DNA of 64,000 bases from Candidatus Peregrinibacteria bacterium (GTDB taxonomy: Bacteria; Patescibacteriota; Gracilibacteria; UBA1369; JABINC01). The stretch covers positions 7,496-71,495 of the forward strand of contig JABINC010000075.1 in assembly GCA_018697675.1 (NCBI GenBank). Direction: 5' to 3'. The notes under the pieces were generated by a model that saw nothing but the letters and a program-made list of their open reading frames with translations, was not told the origin of the DNA and did not search any database. Shown here piece after piece: positions 7,376-15,457 of the stretch. Within the stretch, counting starts at the first letter, position 1, and each line of letters starts with the position of its first letter. A program made the translations under genes and the position numbers.

Positions 7376-7522
7376 ACCTCGGGTGTACCCCTCCAGTACT
7401 TTTGGGATTTGGAAAGGTGCCCTCAAAACATCGGCTTTTATAAGCCAAAAGCAGTTACCTTTTTAGCACTTCTATACATGGTAAGGGTGGGGTCTCGGGT
7501 TCGACTCCCGAAGGTGGCTCCA
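7376..7522 (+). ncRNA. RNA-like module copy 2 ending in a tRNA-like T-arm + CCA (reduced tmRNA-like or tRNA-like RNA; identity unresolved)
   Basis: T-arm TCGGG-TTCGACT-CCCGA (7495-7511), then AGGTGGC-T-CCA (7512-7522). Closing helix ACCCCTCC (7387-7394) with GGGTGGGGT (7485-7493). Internal GGGATTTGG..AAGGTGC recalls the tmRNA helix-2 region. There is no canonical GGGG acceptor and no convincing tag ORF. Confidence 0.4.
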
Positions 7523-7551
7523 GTTTTAGTTCTTTATAAAATGACAAAAAC

Positions 7552-7860
7552 CTAGTCTTTTACCCCCAATTTCTTTAACTCTTCACGAAGAGTTCTCCTA
7601 TCGTCTGCATGTACATTTATGGCTATTTCAGGGTCTAGGCCGTGTGCTTTTAATACGAATTCTTTAATTCTTAGAGACATTATTACGTCAATAGGTGTTC
7701 CTGGTGGAATATCTCCTTGCGTTATAACTGTCTCCCTTACAATTTTACCCTGCTTATCGGTTACTATTATAGCTTTGTATCCATGTTCTGGTAGATCCAA
7801 GAACTGTACTTCCATTCCTTGCGCCTCCATGTTTGGCGTGCCATCCATTAAGAGTCCCAT
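7552..7860 (-). CDS. Hypothetical protein
   Basis: 102-aa ORF with no recognisable motif. Confidence 0.45.
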   Translation of the reverse strand: MGLLMDGTPNMEAQGMEVQFLDLPEHGYKAIIVTDKQGKIVRETVITQGDIPPGTPIDVIMSLRIKEFVLKAHGLDPEIAINVHADDRRTLREELKKLGVKD

Positions 7861-7998
7861 AATATAGTTGTTAACAGGGGTTGAGTCTATTATTTCCTAT
7901 AGCTTTTTGCAAGTCCTGGTAGGATTGGTGACTCCAGATGCCCTTGTATTATTCTGAGCTCACGTTAAACTTTTGCAGCTTTTTAATTATTTGTATTT

Positions 7999-8532
7999 AT
8001 GTCTGAAGTAGCCAGAGACTTGTCGGTAGAAGAGAGAATCCCTTTACGTTTTCTTGTGAAGAAAAGTTTGGGAGATGTTATTTTGGATATTATGAATTCT
8101 GATGCTAGGGAGAGTATGAGTTTGGCGGAATTGGTTTATAAGTTTTCTGATATTAGGGAGATTAATTGTTTGTATATGGGGAGAAGTTATAGAGTGAGAT
8201 TTGATTGTTCTGAAAAAATTCCAAAAGTGGATGTTTGTGATATAGGATCTGGTAGAAGATGGGGTGTTGAACTTAAAGGGTTTATGTTGAAAAGATTGTA
8301 TGGGCAAATCGCTTCGCGTTTATCTCTTGCTGTTGGTGGAGATAAAGTTTGTATCGCCAAAGATGGTGTTCGGGGTAGAATTGGGAGCGCTTTTAGAGGA
8401 CTCACCGCTCTTACACAACATGTTGGGGTTGGACTACACGAAAGTATGACGTCTGAAGAAATGACAGAATTTTTGGGAGAGAGACTTTTTGATCCTCATC
8501 GCGAATCTTCATATTTGAAGTATATTTTTTGA
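7999..8532 (+). CDS. Hypothetical protein (orphan)
   Basis: 177-aa ORF ending in TGA. R/G/V/E-rich, no motif recognised. Confidence 0.5.
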   Translation: MSEVARDLSVEERIPLRFLVKKSLGDVILDIMNSDARESMSLAELVYKFSDIREINCLYMGRSYRVRFDCSEKIPKVDVCDIGSGRRWGVELKGFMLKRLYGQIASRLSLAVGGDKVCIAKDGVRGRIGSAFRGLTALTQHVGVGLHESMTSEEMTEFLGERLFDPHRESSYLKYIF

Positions 8533-8550
8533 GTAGTATTTGGGGGTGCG

Positions 8551-8631
8551 TTCACGAGTTTTGAGGTAAAAGGCGTGAATTTTAGTGAAAAATAGGGGGC
8601 GATTCACGGGTTTTGTTGACAAAGTCGTGAA
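8551..8631. promoter_or_regulatory. Tandemly duplicated palindromic operator TTCACG-N17-CGTGAA
   Basis: Copy 1: TTCACG 8551-8556 / CGTGAA 8574-8579. Copy 2: TTCACG 8603-8608 / CGTGAA 8626-8631. Both lie inside ~52-nt direct repeats (GGGGGTGCGTTCACGAGTTTTG.. vs GGGGGCGATTCACGGGTTTTG..). Copy 2 overlaps the -35 of the Fic promoter. Confidence 0.55.
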
Positions 8632-8644
8632 AAAAGAATAGAAT
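8616..8644 (+). promoter_or_regulatory. Sigma70-like promoter of the Fic gene
   Basis: TTGACA (8616-8621), 17-nt spacer, TAGAAT (8639-8644). ATG at 8655. Confidence 0.55.
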
Positions 8645-8654
8645 CGTTGGTGAT

Positions 8655-9536
8655 ATGACAAAAATAACAACTTTTTACAAACAGGTTCTTGATTTGAGAG
8701 AGCGTTATTATGCGGTCGCCCTTGGAAAGGAGCAGCTTCTGCGGATTATTAGTGAAGCCGAAGTCGCGGAGCAGGTTTATAATTCGAATGCTATTGAGAA
8801 CAGTACTTTGAGCTTGGAGGATACGGAGAAGATTCTTTTGCAAATCGAATTGGATAGGGCGGTCCCTGTAAGAGAGCTTTTTGAAGCTAAAAATTTGGCT
8901 AGGGTGGTTTCCTATATTGATAAAAAAGCAAAGGAAAGTGAATTAACTTTTGATGTAATTTTGTTATTGCATAAGATGTTAATTTCTAACATTAATGATG
9001 ATATAGCGGGTCGATTTAGAAATGATAACGAATGGGTGCGAGTTGGGAATTATATAGCCGTTGATCCAAAATTTATTGAAGATAAGTTGAAGGAAATGTT
9101 GTCAAAATATTATGCTAGTAGTTCAGAACATATCATTAAAAGGATCGCTCGTTTGCACCTTACATTTGAGCATATTCACCCTTTTGTTGACGGCAATGGT
9201 CGTATAGGTAGGGTGATTAATAATTATTTGTTAATTCGTGAAGGATTTGTTCCTATTAATATTAAATTTATTGATAGGCAGCTTTACTATCAGGCATTTA
9301 GAGAATTTGATAAAGATGGCAGTACTGGAATTATGGAAGAAATAGTTGGTAGAGCTCTTACAAATAGTTACCATAAGAGGCTTTCTTATTTAGAAGGATC
9401 GGAGATTGTTACTCTTTCGGATTATGCTAAAAAATTTGGGAAATCTCATTCTAATTTGTTGAATAAAGCAGGTCGTCAGACGATCGAGGCTTTTTTGGAG
9501 AAAGGGACTTGGAAAATTGGGATAAAGAAAGGTTAG
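8655..9536 (+). CDS. Fic family protein (AMPylase type), class II with N-terminal inhibitory helix
   Basis: Active-site HPFVDGNGRIGR (HxFx[D/E]GNGRxxR). N-terminal SNAIEN matches the inhibitory motif [S/T]xxxE[G/N]. C-terminal HTH-like tail. Confidence 0.9.
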   Translation: MTKITTFYKQVLDLRERYYAVALGKEQLLRIISEAEVAEQVYNSNAIENSTLSLEDTEKILLQIELDRAVPVRELFEAKNLARVVSYIDKKAKESELTFDVILLLHKMLISNINDDIAGRFRNDNEWVRVGNYIAVDPKFIEDKLKEMLSKYYASSSEHIIKRIARLHLTFEHIHPFVDGNGRIGRVINNYLLIREGFVPINIKFIDRQLYYQAFREFDKDGSTGIMEEIVGRALTNSYHKRLSYLEGSEIVTLSDYAKKFGKSHSNLLNKAGRQTIEAFLEKGTWKIGIKKG

Positions 9537-9937
9537 CTTAGGTCTGCTGATTTTCTAGTTGCTTTTATTTGGCTTCTGCGGTGTTTGGCTTCGAGTATTT
9601 TTTCTTTGGCTTTCTTGGAACGGTGTCTCTTTTGTTTTTTTAGTTTGTGGATTTTTTTTGCTTTTTCGGATGCTTTCCCTTTGATTTGAAATTCGATTTT
9701 GTCGATCAAAAGTTTGTATGCGGATATGCGATTTTTGGATTGTTCGCGGTGACGTTGGCAGCGAACTTCTGTGCCAGTTGGGTTGTGACGAAGGAGTACG
9801 CAACTTGCAGTTTTATTGATTTTTTGGCCACCAGCGCCGGATCCGAGCACAAAAGATTCTTCAATATCATTTGGGCGGATATTGAGCTCTTTGGCTTTTT
9901 CGAGATGTTTTTCTGGAAGTGTTATTGGGAAATTCAT
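9533..9937 (-). CDS. arfB: Alternative ribosome-rescue factor ArfB (peptidyl-tRNA hydrolase, RF-1 domain)
   Basis: 134 aa. GGQ motif (GAGGQKINKT) and a long basic C-terminal tail, typical of ArfB/YaeJ/ICT1. Confidence 0.85.
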   Translation of the reverse strand: MNFPITLPEKHLEKAKELNIRPNDIEESFVLGSGAGGQKINKTASCVLLRHNPTGTEVRCQRHREQSKNRISAYKLLIDKIEFQIKGKASEKAKKIHKLKKQKRHRSKKAKEKILEAKHRRSQIKATRKSADLS

Positions 9938-9959
9938 GGTTGGTTTTGGGTATTGTTCT

Positions 9960-11339
9960 TTAGGGCCAGATCAAATTTAAGTCTCCGAGGTTTGTTCCGG
10001 TTGGGCCGGTTTGGATCAAGTCCTGCGTTTGTTCGAAAAAATGATAGGAGTCATTGTTGTCGAGATATTCTTTTGCATTCAAGTTGTGAGTTAGTGTTCT
10101 TTGGCTAGTGATAGCTCCGGTGGTGGGCACTGGACATGTGCCATCTATGCCATCTGTACCTATAGACAAAGCTACGAATGTAGATTTGTCTACTTGAGTT
10201 TTGGTTGAGGCAAGGGAAGAAGCTGGGTGATGTGATGTGGGTGATTGAAGGTTTGTTTTTAGTGCTTGTGTGAGGGAGAGTAATAATTCTTGATTTCGGC
10301 CGCCTTTTCCAGATCCTTTTATTGTTACTGTCGTTTCCCCCGTTGCGATGTAGAGAGTGCCCGGAGTGGTGGCGGTTTGTAATAAAGTGTTAGCTTGCTG
10401 CCTGGCTTCGCCTTCTAAGTTTGTGGTGAGAATTTTTGTGGGAATATTGAGGTCTTTTGCTATGTGCTCTGTGGTTTTGGCAGCGGTTTCATGATTTGCG
10501 AGAATGTGAGTTGTGATTTTTTCAAAAATTCCATCCCCTGGTATTGGGGTTTCCACCTTTTCTTCGAGAAGACGTTTTTGGATGCTTTTTGAAGTTTTGT
10601 CCCAGAGATTATATTTTTTTAGAATTTCTATGGCTTGTTCAAATGTCGTCTCATCTGGGGCAAGTGGGCCTGAGGCGATCGTACCGAGATCGTCGCCGAG
10701 TACATCTGAAATTACCAAACAAAGGCAAGTTGCGGGATAAAGAGCCCTGGCGAGCAAGCCCCCTTTGATGCGTGAAAGGTGTTTTCGAACAGCATTTATT
10801 TCTTGAATTTTGGCTCCAGATTTTAGGAGCAGTGAAGTTATATCCACCTTCTCTTGAAGTGTGATTCCTTCCGCTGGAAGAGGAAGGAGAGATGAGCCGC
10901 CGCCGGAGATCAGGGCTATTACGAGGTCTTTCTCAGTCGCTTTATCGGCAATGTTTAGAATTTGTTTCGCACCTTCTACGCCGGCTTCATTTGGGAGTGG
11001 ATGAGAGGCTTTTACTACTTGAACTTTTTCAAGCAACGATGAAGCTGTCGAATCTTCTGGCGCAGTGATAAGCCCTTCCGCAAGTTTGTCTCCGAGAAAA
11101 TCTTCGGTAGCGCAGGCCATTGGGATTGCGCCTTTTCCGGTTCCGATCACGTAAATATTTTCAAATTTGGGAATATCCAAATCTGAAGCGCTGAGTTGTT
11201 GTAGCTTTTTTAAAACTAATTTTTTCGGATTGATTTCATTAAGGACCCTCTCGGTGATTTCCAAAAGTTGCTCACGCTTTGATTTCTCCTCGTGTCCGAG
11301 GTTTTTCAAAAGCCGTTCTTTGTCTTGGATTTTAAGCAT
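9960..11339 (-). CDS. Glycerate 2-kinase / hydroxypyruvate reductase family (DUF4147 + MOFRL)
   Basis: 459 aa. IGTGKGA near the N-terminus and GGETTVTIKGSGKGGRNQEL of the MOFRL family. Confidence 0.8.
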   Translation of the reverse strand: MLKIQDKERLLKNLGHEEKSKREQLLEITERVLNEINPKKLVLKKLQQLSASDLDIPKFENIYVIGTGKGAIPMACATEDFLGDKLAEGLITAPEDSTASSLLEKVQVVKASHPLPNEAGVEGAKQILNIADKATEKDLVIALISGGGSSLLPLPAEGITLQEKVDITSLLLKSGAKIQEINAVRKHLSRIKGGLLARALYPATCLCLVISDVLGDDLGTIASGPLAPDETTFEQAIEILKKYNLWDKTSKSIQKRLLEEKVETPIPGDGIFEKITTHILANHETAAKTTEHIAKDLNIPTKILTTNLEGEARQQANTLLQTATTPGTLYIATGETTVTIKGSGKGGRNQELLLSLTQALKTNLQSPTSHHPASSLASTKTQVDKSTFVALSIGTDGIDGTCPVPTTGAITSQRTLTHNLNAKEYLDNNDSYHFFEQTQDLIQTGPTGTNLGDLNLIWP

Positions 11340-11348
11340 TTACTCGTC

Positions 11349-12317
11349 TTAAGCGAGAGAATCTTTGTTTACTAAGAATTCAGGTGTTTTGTCAGTGAGA
11401 GCATCGATCAGATTCGCCGCTGCCATTATCGACATCTTGGTACGGGCTTCGATAGTTGCCGAGCCTAGATGAGGGATGATTATAGCATTTTTGCAATCTT
11501 TGAGTCCCGGTTTCATAGCTGGTTCATCTTCGAAAACATCCATACCTACGTAGAAATCAGGATTATTTTGAAGGTGTGTTACGAGAGCTGTTTCATCGAT
11601 AATCGCTCCGCGGGCTGTGTTGATCAGAGTTGCGGTTGGTTTCATCATTTGGAATTCTTTTTCTCCAATTAAATGCTGCGTGGCTTCGCATAGATTTGCG
11701 TGAATTGAAATATAATCAGATTCACGACAGAGTGTTTCGAGGTCGACATGAGTTGCGCCCATTGCATCTAATTCTTCATTTGCACTTGGATCTGCGTATA
11801 GGATTTTCATATCAAAAGCAGCCATTTTTTTCGCCATATTCGTACCTATTCGGCCAGCTCCGATAATTCCGAGAGTTGCACCTGTAACCTCTTTTCCAAG
11901 AAGTAGCATTGGAGCCCAGCCTTGGAATTTTTCAGATCTCATGTATTCATCTGATTCGACAATTCTTCGCGCTGCTGAGAACAAAAGTGAAATTGCGCAG
12001 TCCGCGGTAGCATCATCCAATACTCCTGGAGTGTTGGTTACCATTATCCCGCGCTCACTCGCTGCATCCACTCGGACATTGTTGTATCCAACAGCATAGT
12101 TAGAGATAACTTTACACTGCGACCCGATTGCATCCATAGCTTCTGCATCCATGTTGTCAGTGAGTAGAGAAAGTACTCCATCTCGTCCTTTGATTTCGTT
12201 GAGTAATTCTTCACGAGTTAAAACTCGATCATGAGGATTCATATCGAATTCACCGAAAGCCTCTTTTAGCATCTCTAAACCTTCTTTCGGAATACGACGT
12301 GTTACGTATATATTCAT
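11349..12317 (-). CDS. D-isomer-specific 2-hydroxyacid dehydrogenase (glyoxylate/hydroxypyruvate reductase-like)
   Basis: 322 aa. NAD-binding GIIGAGRIG and catalytic R/E/H region (NTARG...IIPHLGSAT). Confidence 0.85.
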   Translation of the reverse strand: MNIYVTRRIPKEGLEMLKEAFGEFDMNPHDRVLTREELLNEIKGRDGVLSLLTDNMDAEAMDAIGSQCKVISNYAVGYNNVRVDAASERGIMVTNTPGVLDDATADCAISLLFSAARRIVESDEYMRSEKFQGWAPMLLLGKEVTGATLGIIGAGRIGTNMAKKMAAFDMKILYADPSANEELDAMGATHVDLETLCRESDYISIHANLCEATQHLIGEKEFQMMKPTATLINTARGAIIDETALVTHLQNNPDFYVGMDVFEDEPAMKPGLKDCKNAIIIPHLGSATIEARTKMSIMAAANLIDALTDKTPEFLVNKDSLA

Positions 12318-12373
12318 ATATTTTGAATTAAAATGTTATTTTTCTTTTATTCATAAGGGACATAGCCTATAGG

Positions 12374-13567
12374 CTATGTCTGGTAAACACTTTCTATGTA
12401 ACTCTTAATTTTTGCAAGCCCATCTCGAATATCTTCTTCACTTGAAACATATGAGAATCGAACTAGGTCTTCTCCGAAATGCCCAAAGACTGTTCCAGGA
12501 AGGATAAGAACGTGTGCTTCACGCATTATGCGATCGCAAAGTTCAGCTGATGTGATGCTGAATTTATCGAGAAGTTCGCGAACATTTACCATCAAGTAGA
12601 AAGCTCCTTTTGGTGAATGACAATTCATTCCAGGAATTTCATTTACAAGCCCAACCATCAGATCTCTGCGGTTCTTGTATTCTTGAAGCATGTATTCTAC
12701 TTGCTCTTGCGGACCTGTCAGCGCCTCTAGTGCGGCATACTGAGTCATTGTGTTTACGCAAGAAGTGTCATTACAAGCCAATTGCTCGATGTACGCGGCC
12801 ATCTCAGCATTTTTTGTAACAGCCCAACCGATTCGGTATCCCGTCATTGCAAATGTTTTCGAACATCCGTTTAGGATCACAGTTCGCTCTGGCATTCCTT
12901 CGAAATTAGTGATTGAAACATGCTCTCCTTCATGAACCATTCGGTCGTAAATTTCGTCCGAAAGTACCCAAAGGTCATGTTTTTTCGCGAGCTCCGCAAT
13001 ACCGGCAAGAAGTTCGCGAGTGTACACTCCACCAGTTGGATTTTGTGGAGAATTCACCATTATAAGTTTTGTATTTGGAGTAATTTTCGCCTCCAATTCT
13101 TCGATTGTGAAATTGAAATCATTCTCTTGCCTAAGTGCGATCGGTACAACAGTTGCTCCTAGATATTCAGTCACTGATCCGTAAATCGGGTAAGAAGGAT
13201 TTGGGACGATAACTTCGTCTCCTGGATCGAGAAGAGCATTCATCATGTAAAACATAACCGGCTTTCCACCGGAAACTACGATTACATCCTTCGCTTCATA
13301 TTCAACGCATGCGTTTTTTGAAGTTTCTGCGGCAATAGCTTCTCGAAGCACTGGAAGTCCCGGAGTTGGAGTGTAGTGAGTTTGGTTGTCTTTCACCGCT
13401 GCGATTGTTGCATTTTTGATGTTTTCTGGAGTGTCAAACCCAGGTTCTCCAATTTGTAGGTAAACCAATTTTACGCCACTTTCTTTCTCAAATTGTTTTG
13501 CTTTTGTAATTACTGCAAAGGCATTTTCCGTACCGAGATTTGGCATTCTTTTTGAAAAGGATTTCAT
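12374..13567 (-). CDS. PLP-dependent aminotransferase, class I/II
   Basis: 397 aa. NSPQNPTGG, and SKTFAMTGYRIGW carrying the PLP lysine. Confidence 0.85.
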   Translation of the reverse strand: MKSFSKRMPNLGTENAFAVITKAKQFEKESGVKLVYLQIGEPGFDTPENIKNATIAAVKDNQTHYTPTPGLPVLREAIAAETSKNACVEYEAKDVIVVSGGKPVMFYMMNALLDPGDEVIVPNPSYPIYGSVTEYLGATVVPIALRQENDFNFTIEELEAKITPNTKLIMVNSPQNPTGGVYTRELLAGIAELAKKHDLWVLSDEIYDRMVHEGEHVSITNFEGMPERTVILNGCSKTFAMTGYRIGWAVTKNAEMAAYIEQLACNDTSCVNTMTQYAALEALTGPQEQVEYMLQEYKNRRDLMVGLVNEIPGMNCHSPKGAFYLMVNVRELLDKFSITSAELCDRIMREAHVLILPGTVFGHFGEDLVRFSYVSSEEDIRDGLAKIKSYIESVYQT

Positions 13568-13650
13568 GTGAGATTTTTTAAATTTTAATTAAATTTGTTT
13601 CAAATGTTTTAGCTCATCCATCTTGAAGTGTGTACTTTCTAGGAAAATTT

Positions 13651-14598
13651 TCAAGAGTTTTTTCTTTGGACAACTTCGCGGGCACGTTCGATAATTTCTT
13701 TTGCAGTTATTCCGTATTTTTCCATCAGTTCTCTCGGTTTTCCGGATTCTCCGAAGGTGTCATCGATACCAACTCTGGCACCTGGGACTGGACAGCTTTC
13801 CATCAAGACTTCGAAGACCGCAGATCCCATTCCTCCGGCCATTTGGTGCTCTTCTGCTGTGACGATTGCACCGGTTTTTCTAACCGAGGTTAGGATTGTT
13901 TCTGAATCAATAGGTTTGATTGTGTGGAGGTTTATAACTTCTGCTGAGATGTTTTCTTCTGCGAGGACATCAGCAGCATCTAGAGCCTCTGCGACCATTG
14001 ATCCGCAAGCGACAATTGTTATGTCAGATCCTTCTCTCATGATGTTTGCTTTTCCGATTTCAAAAGGTGCATCTTTGCTGGTTACTACTGGCGTTTTTTC
14101 ACGTCCAAATCGAATATAGACAGGCCCTTTCATGCTGGCTGCTGCCAGGACGGCTTTGCGAGTTTCATAATAATCCGCAGGTACAAGTACAGTCATTTTT
14201 GGAAGTACACGCATGATAGAGATTTCTTCGAGAGCCTGATGGGTGGCCCCATCAGGTCCCACGGAGATCCCTCCGTGCGCTCCGCCGAATTTTACATTTA
14301 ATTCGCCGTAGCAAATACTTGTGCGGATTTGTTCCCAAGCTCTACCTGAAACAAAAACCCCATAAGTTGCTACGAATGGAGTCAGTCCGGTTAGTGAGAG
14401 TCCGCCGGCTACGTTTACCATGTTTTGTTCTGCGATTCCCATATCAAAAAATCGTTCTGGAAATTTATCCCCGAATTGACAGGTCAGGGTTGATTTTGCA
14501 AGATCGGCATCTAGCACAACCACGCTTGGATCTTTCTCTCCAAGTTCGATAAGTGCATCTGCCCAACCCTGCCGACTTAACATTACTTCTCTAGTCAT
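13651..14598 (-). CDS. Transketolase, C-terminal (pyrimidine-binding) subunit
   Basis: 315 aa. FFDMGIAEQNMV and the C-terminal transketolase domain. Overlaps the N-terminal subunit gene by 8 nt. Confidence 0.9.
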   Translation of the reverse strand: MTREVMLSRQGWADALIELGEKDPSVVVLDADLAKSTLTCQFGDKFPERFFDMGIAEQNMVNVAGGLSLTGLTPFVATYGVFVSGRAWEQIRTSICYGELNVKFGGAHGGISVGPDGATHQALEEISIMRVLPKMTVLVPADYYETRKAVLAAASMKGPVYIRFGREKTPVVTSKDAPFEIGKANIMREGSDITIVACGSMVAEALDAADVLAEENISAEVINLHTIKPIDSETILTSVRKTGAIVTAEEHQMAGGMGSAVFEVLMESCPVPGARVGIDDTFGESGKPRELMEKYGITAKEIIERAREVVQRKNS

Positions 14599-15457
14599 TT
14601 TGTGCAGGGGTTAAAGAATTTTCTAGTGCATCGAGCTCAGTTATAGCTAGCCCGAGATGTTCGTGGTCTGGCGCTTTTCCGTGCCATCCTGCGACATTTT
14701 CCATATAAGAAATACCCTTACCTTTTATAGTGTGGGCGATAATTACTTTTGGCCTTCCTTTCAGTGTTGCCGCCTCATCTAGGGCTGCGCGGATTTGTTC
14801 GAAATCATGTCCATCTTCTACAACCAGCGTGTGCCAGTTAAAAGCTTTGAATTTTTCATCAAGTGGGTGAACACCCATTATATCTTCGCAATGTCCGTCG
14901 ATCTGCAATTTGTTGTAGTCCACAAGTAGAGTTAGATTATCGAGCCCAAAATGAGCTGCTGACATAATTGCTTCCCAGCTTTGCCCTTCTTGCAGGTCTC
15001 CTTCGCTAGAAAGTGCCCAAACCTTATTTGGTTTTCCTTGAGTTTTTAAGCCCAGTGCAACTCCAGTTGCTATCGATAAATTCTGCCCGAGAGAACCTCC
15101 TGACATTTCCATTCCAATTGGGTGAAAACGGCAAGGATGCCCTTGTAAATCTGAGCCGAGTTTTCGGAAAGTTAATAGTGTCGCTGGATCAAAATATCCA
15201 ACTCTTGCGAGGATTGAATAGATCGCCGGGGTTATGTGACATTTACAAAAGATCATGTAATCACGTTCGATCCATGTCGGATTTTCCGGATCATGTTTGA
15301 TGTACTCGTTGTAGAGTGTCACCAGCATTTCCACAGCCGAAAGCGATCCGCCGGGGTGTCCCGACCCCGCCGCGTTTGTCATTTCGACAATATCACGCCG
15401 CATTCGAATAGCCTTCCGCACGCGCTGTTCTGGCGTTAAAGTGAGAGGGTACTTCAT
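14591..15457 (-). CDS. Transketolase, N-terminal (TPP-binding) subunit
   Basis: 288 aa. GSGHPGGSLS, and GDLQEGQSWEA with LLVDYN (GDG..N-type TPP motif). Confidence 0.9.
   Translation of the reverse strand: MKYPLTLTPEQRVRKAIRMRRDIVEMTNAAGSGHPGGSLSAVEMLVTLYNEYIKHDPENPTWIERDYMIFCKCHITPAIYSILARVGYFDPATLLTFRKLGSDLQGHPCRFHPIGMEMSGGSLGQNLSIATGVALGLKTQGKPNKVWALSSEGDLQEGQSWEAIMSAAHFGLDNLTLLVDYNKLQIDGHCEDIMGVHPLDEKFKAFNWHTLVVEDGHDFEQIRAALDEAATLKGRPKVIIAHTIKGKGISYMENVAGWHGKAPDHEHLGLAITELDALENSLTPAQND

Larger units (their letters stand above)
1..9536. mobile_element. Putative integrative/accessory island (left border outside window, right border uncertain)
   Basis: Two tyrosine recombinase genes at the left. 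Followed by genes without recognisable families, visibly more AT-rich stretches (about 1.9-7.3 kb), tandem repeats, a duplicated RNA module and a Fic gene. Recognisable core genes start at ArfB (9533). No flanking att repeat was identified. Confidence 0.35.

Noticed and set aside
6252-7484. The duplicated 109-nt block as template/variable repeats of a diversity-generating retroelement, or as attL/attR of an integrated element
   Set aside because: There is no reverse transcriptase nearby, and the two mismatches are T/C and G/T rather than adenine-specific. For an att duplication one expects the 3' part of the tRNA-like gene to be duplicated; here only the 5'/middle part is, and each copy has its own diverged promoter.
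7376-7522. Calling this a bona fide ssrA (tmRNA) or a standard tRNA
   Set aside because: It is only ~147 nt, with no GGGG/G3-U70 acceptor and no tag frame ending in a typical hydrophobic ..AA stop. As a tRNA, the candidate acceptor GTTACCT (7454-7460) leaves only 34 nt before the T-arm, too short for D and anticodon arms. It is kept as an unresolved tRNA-like RNA.
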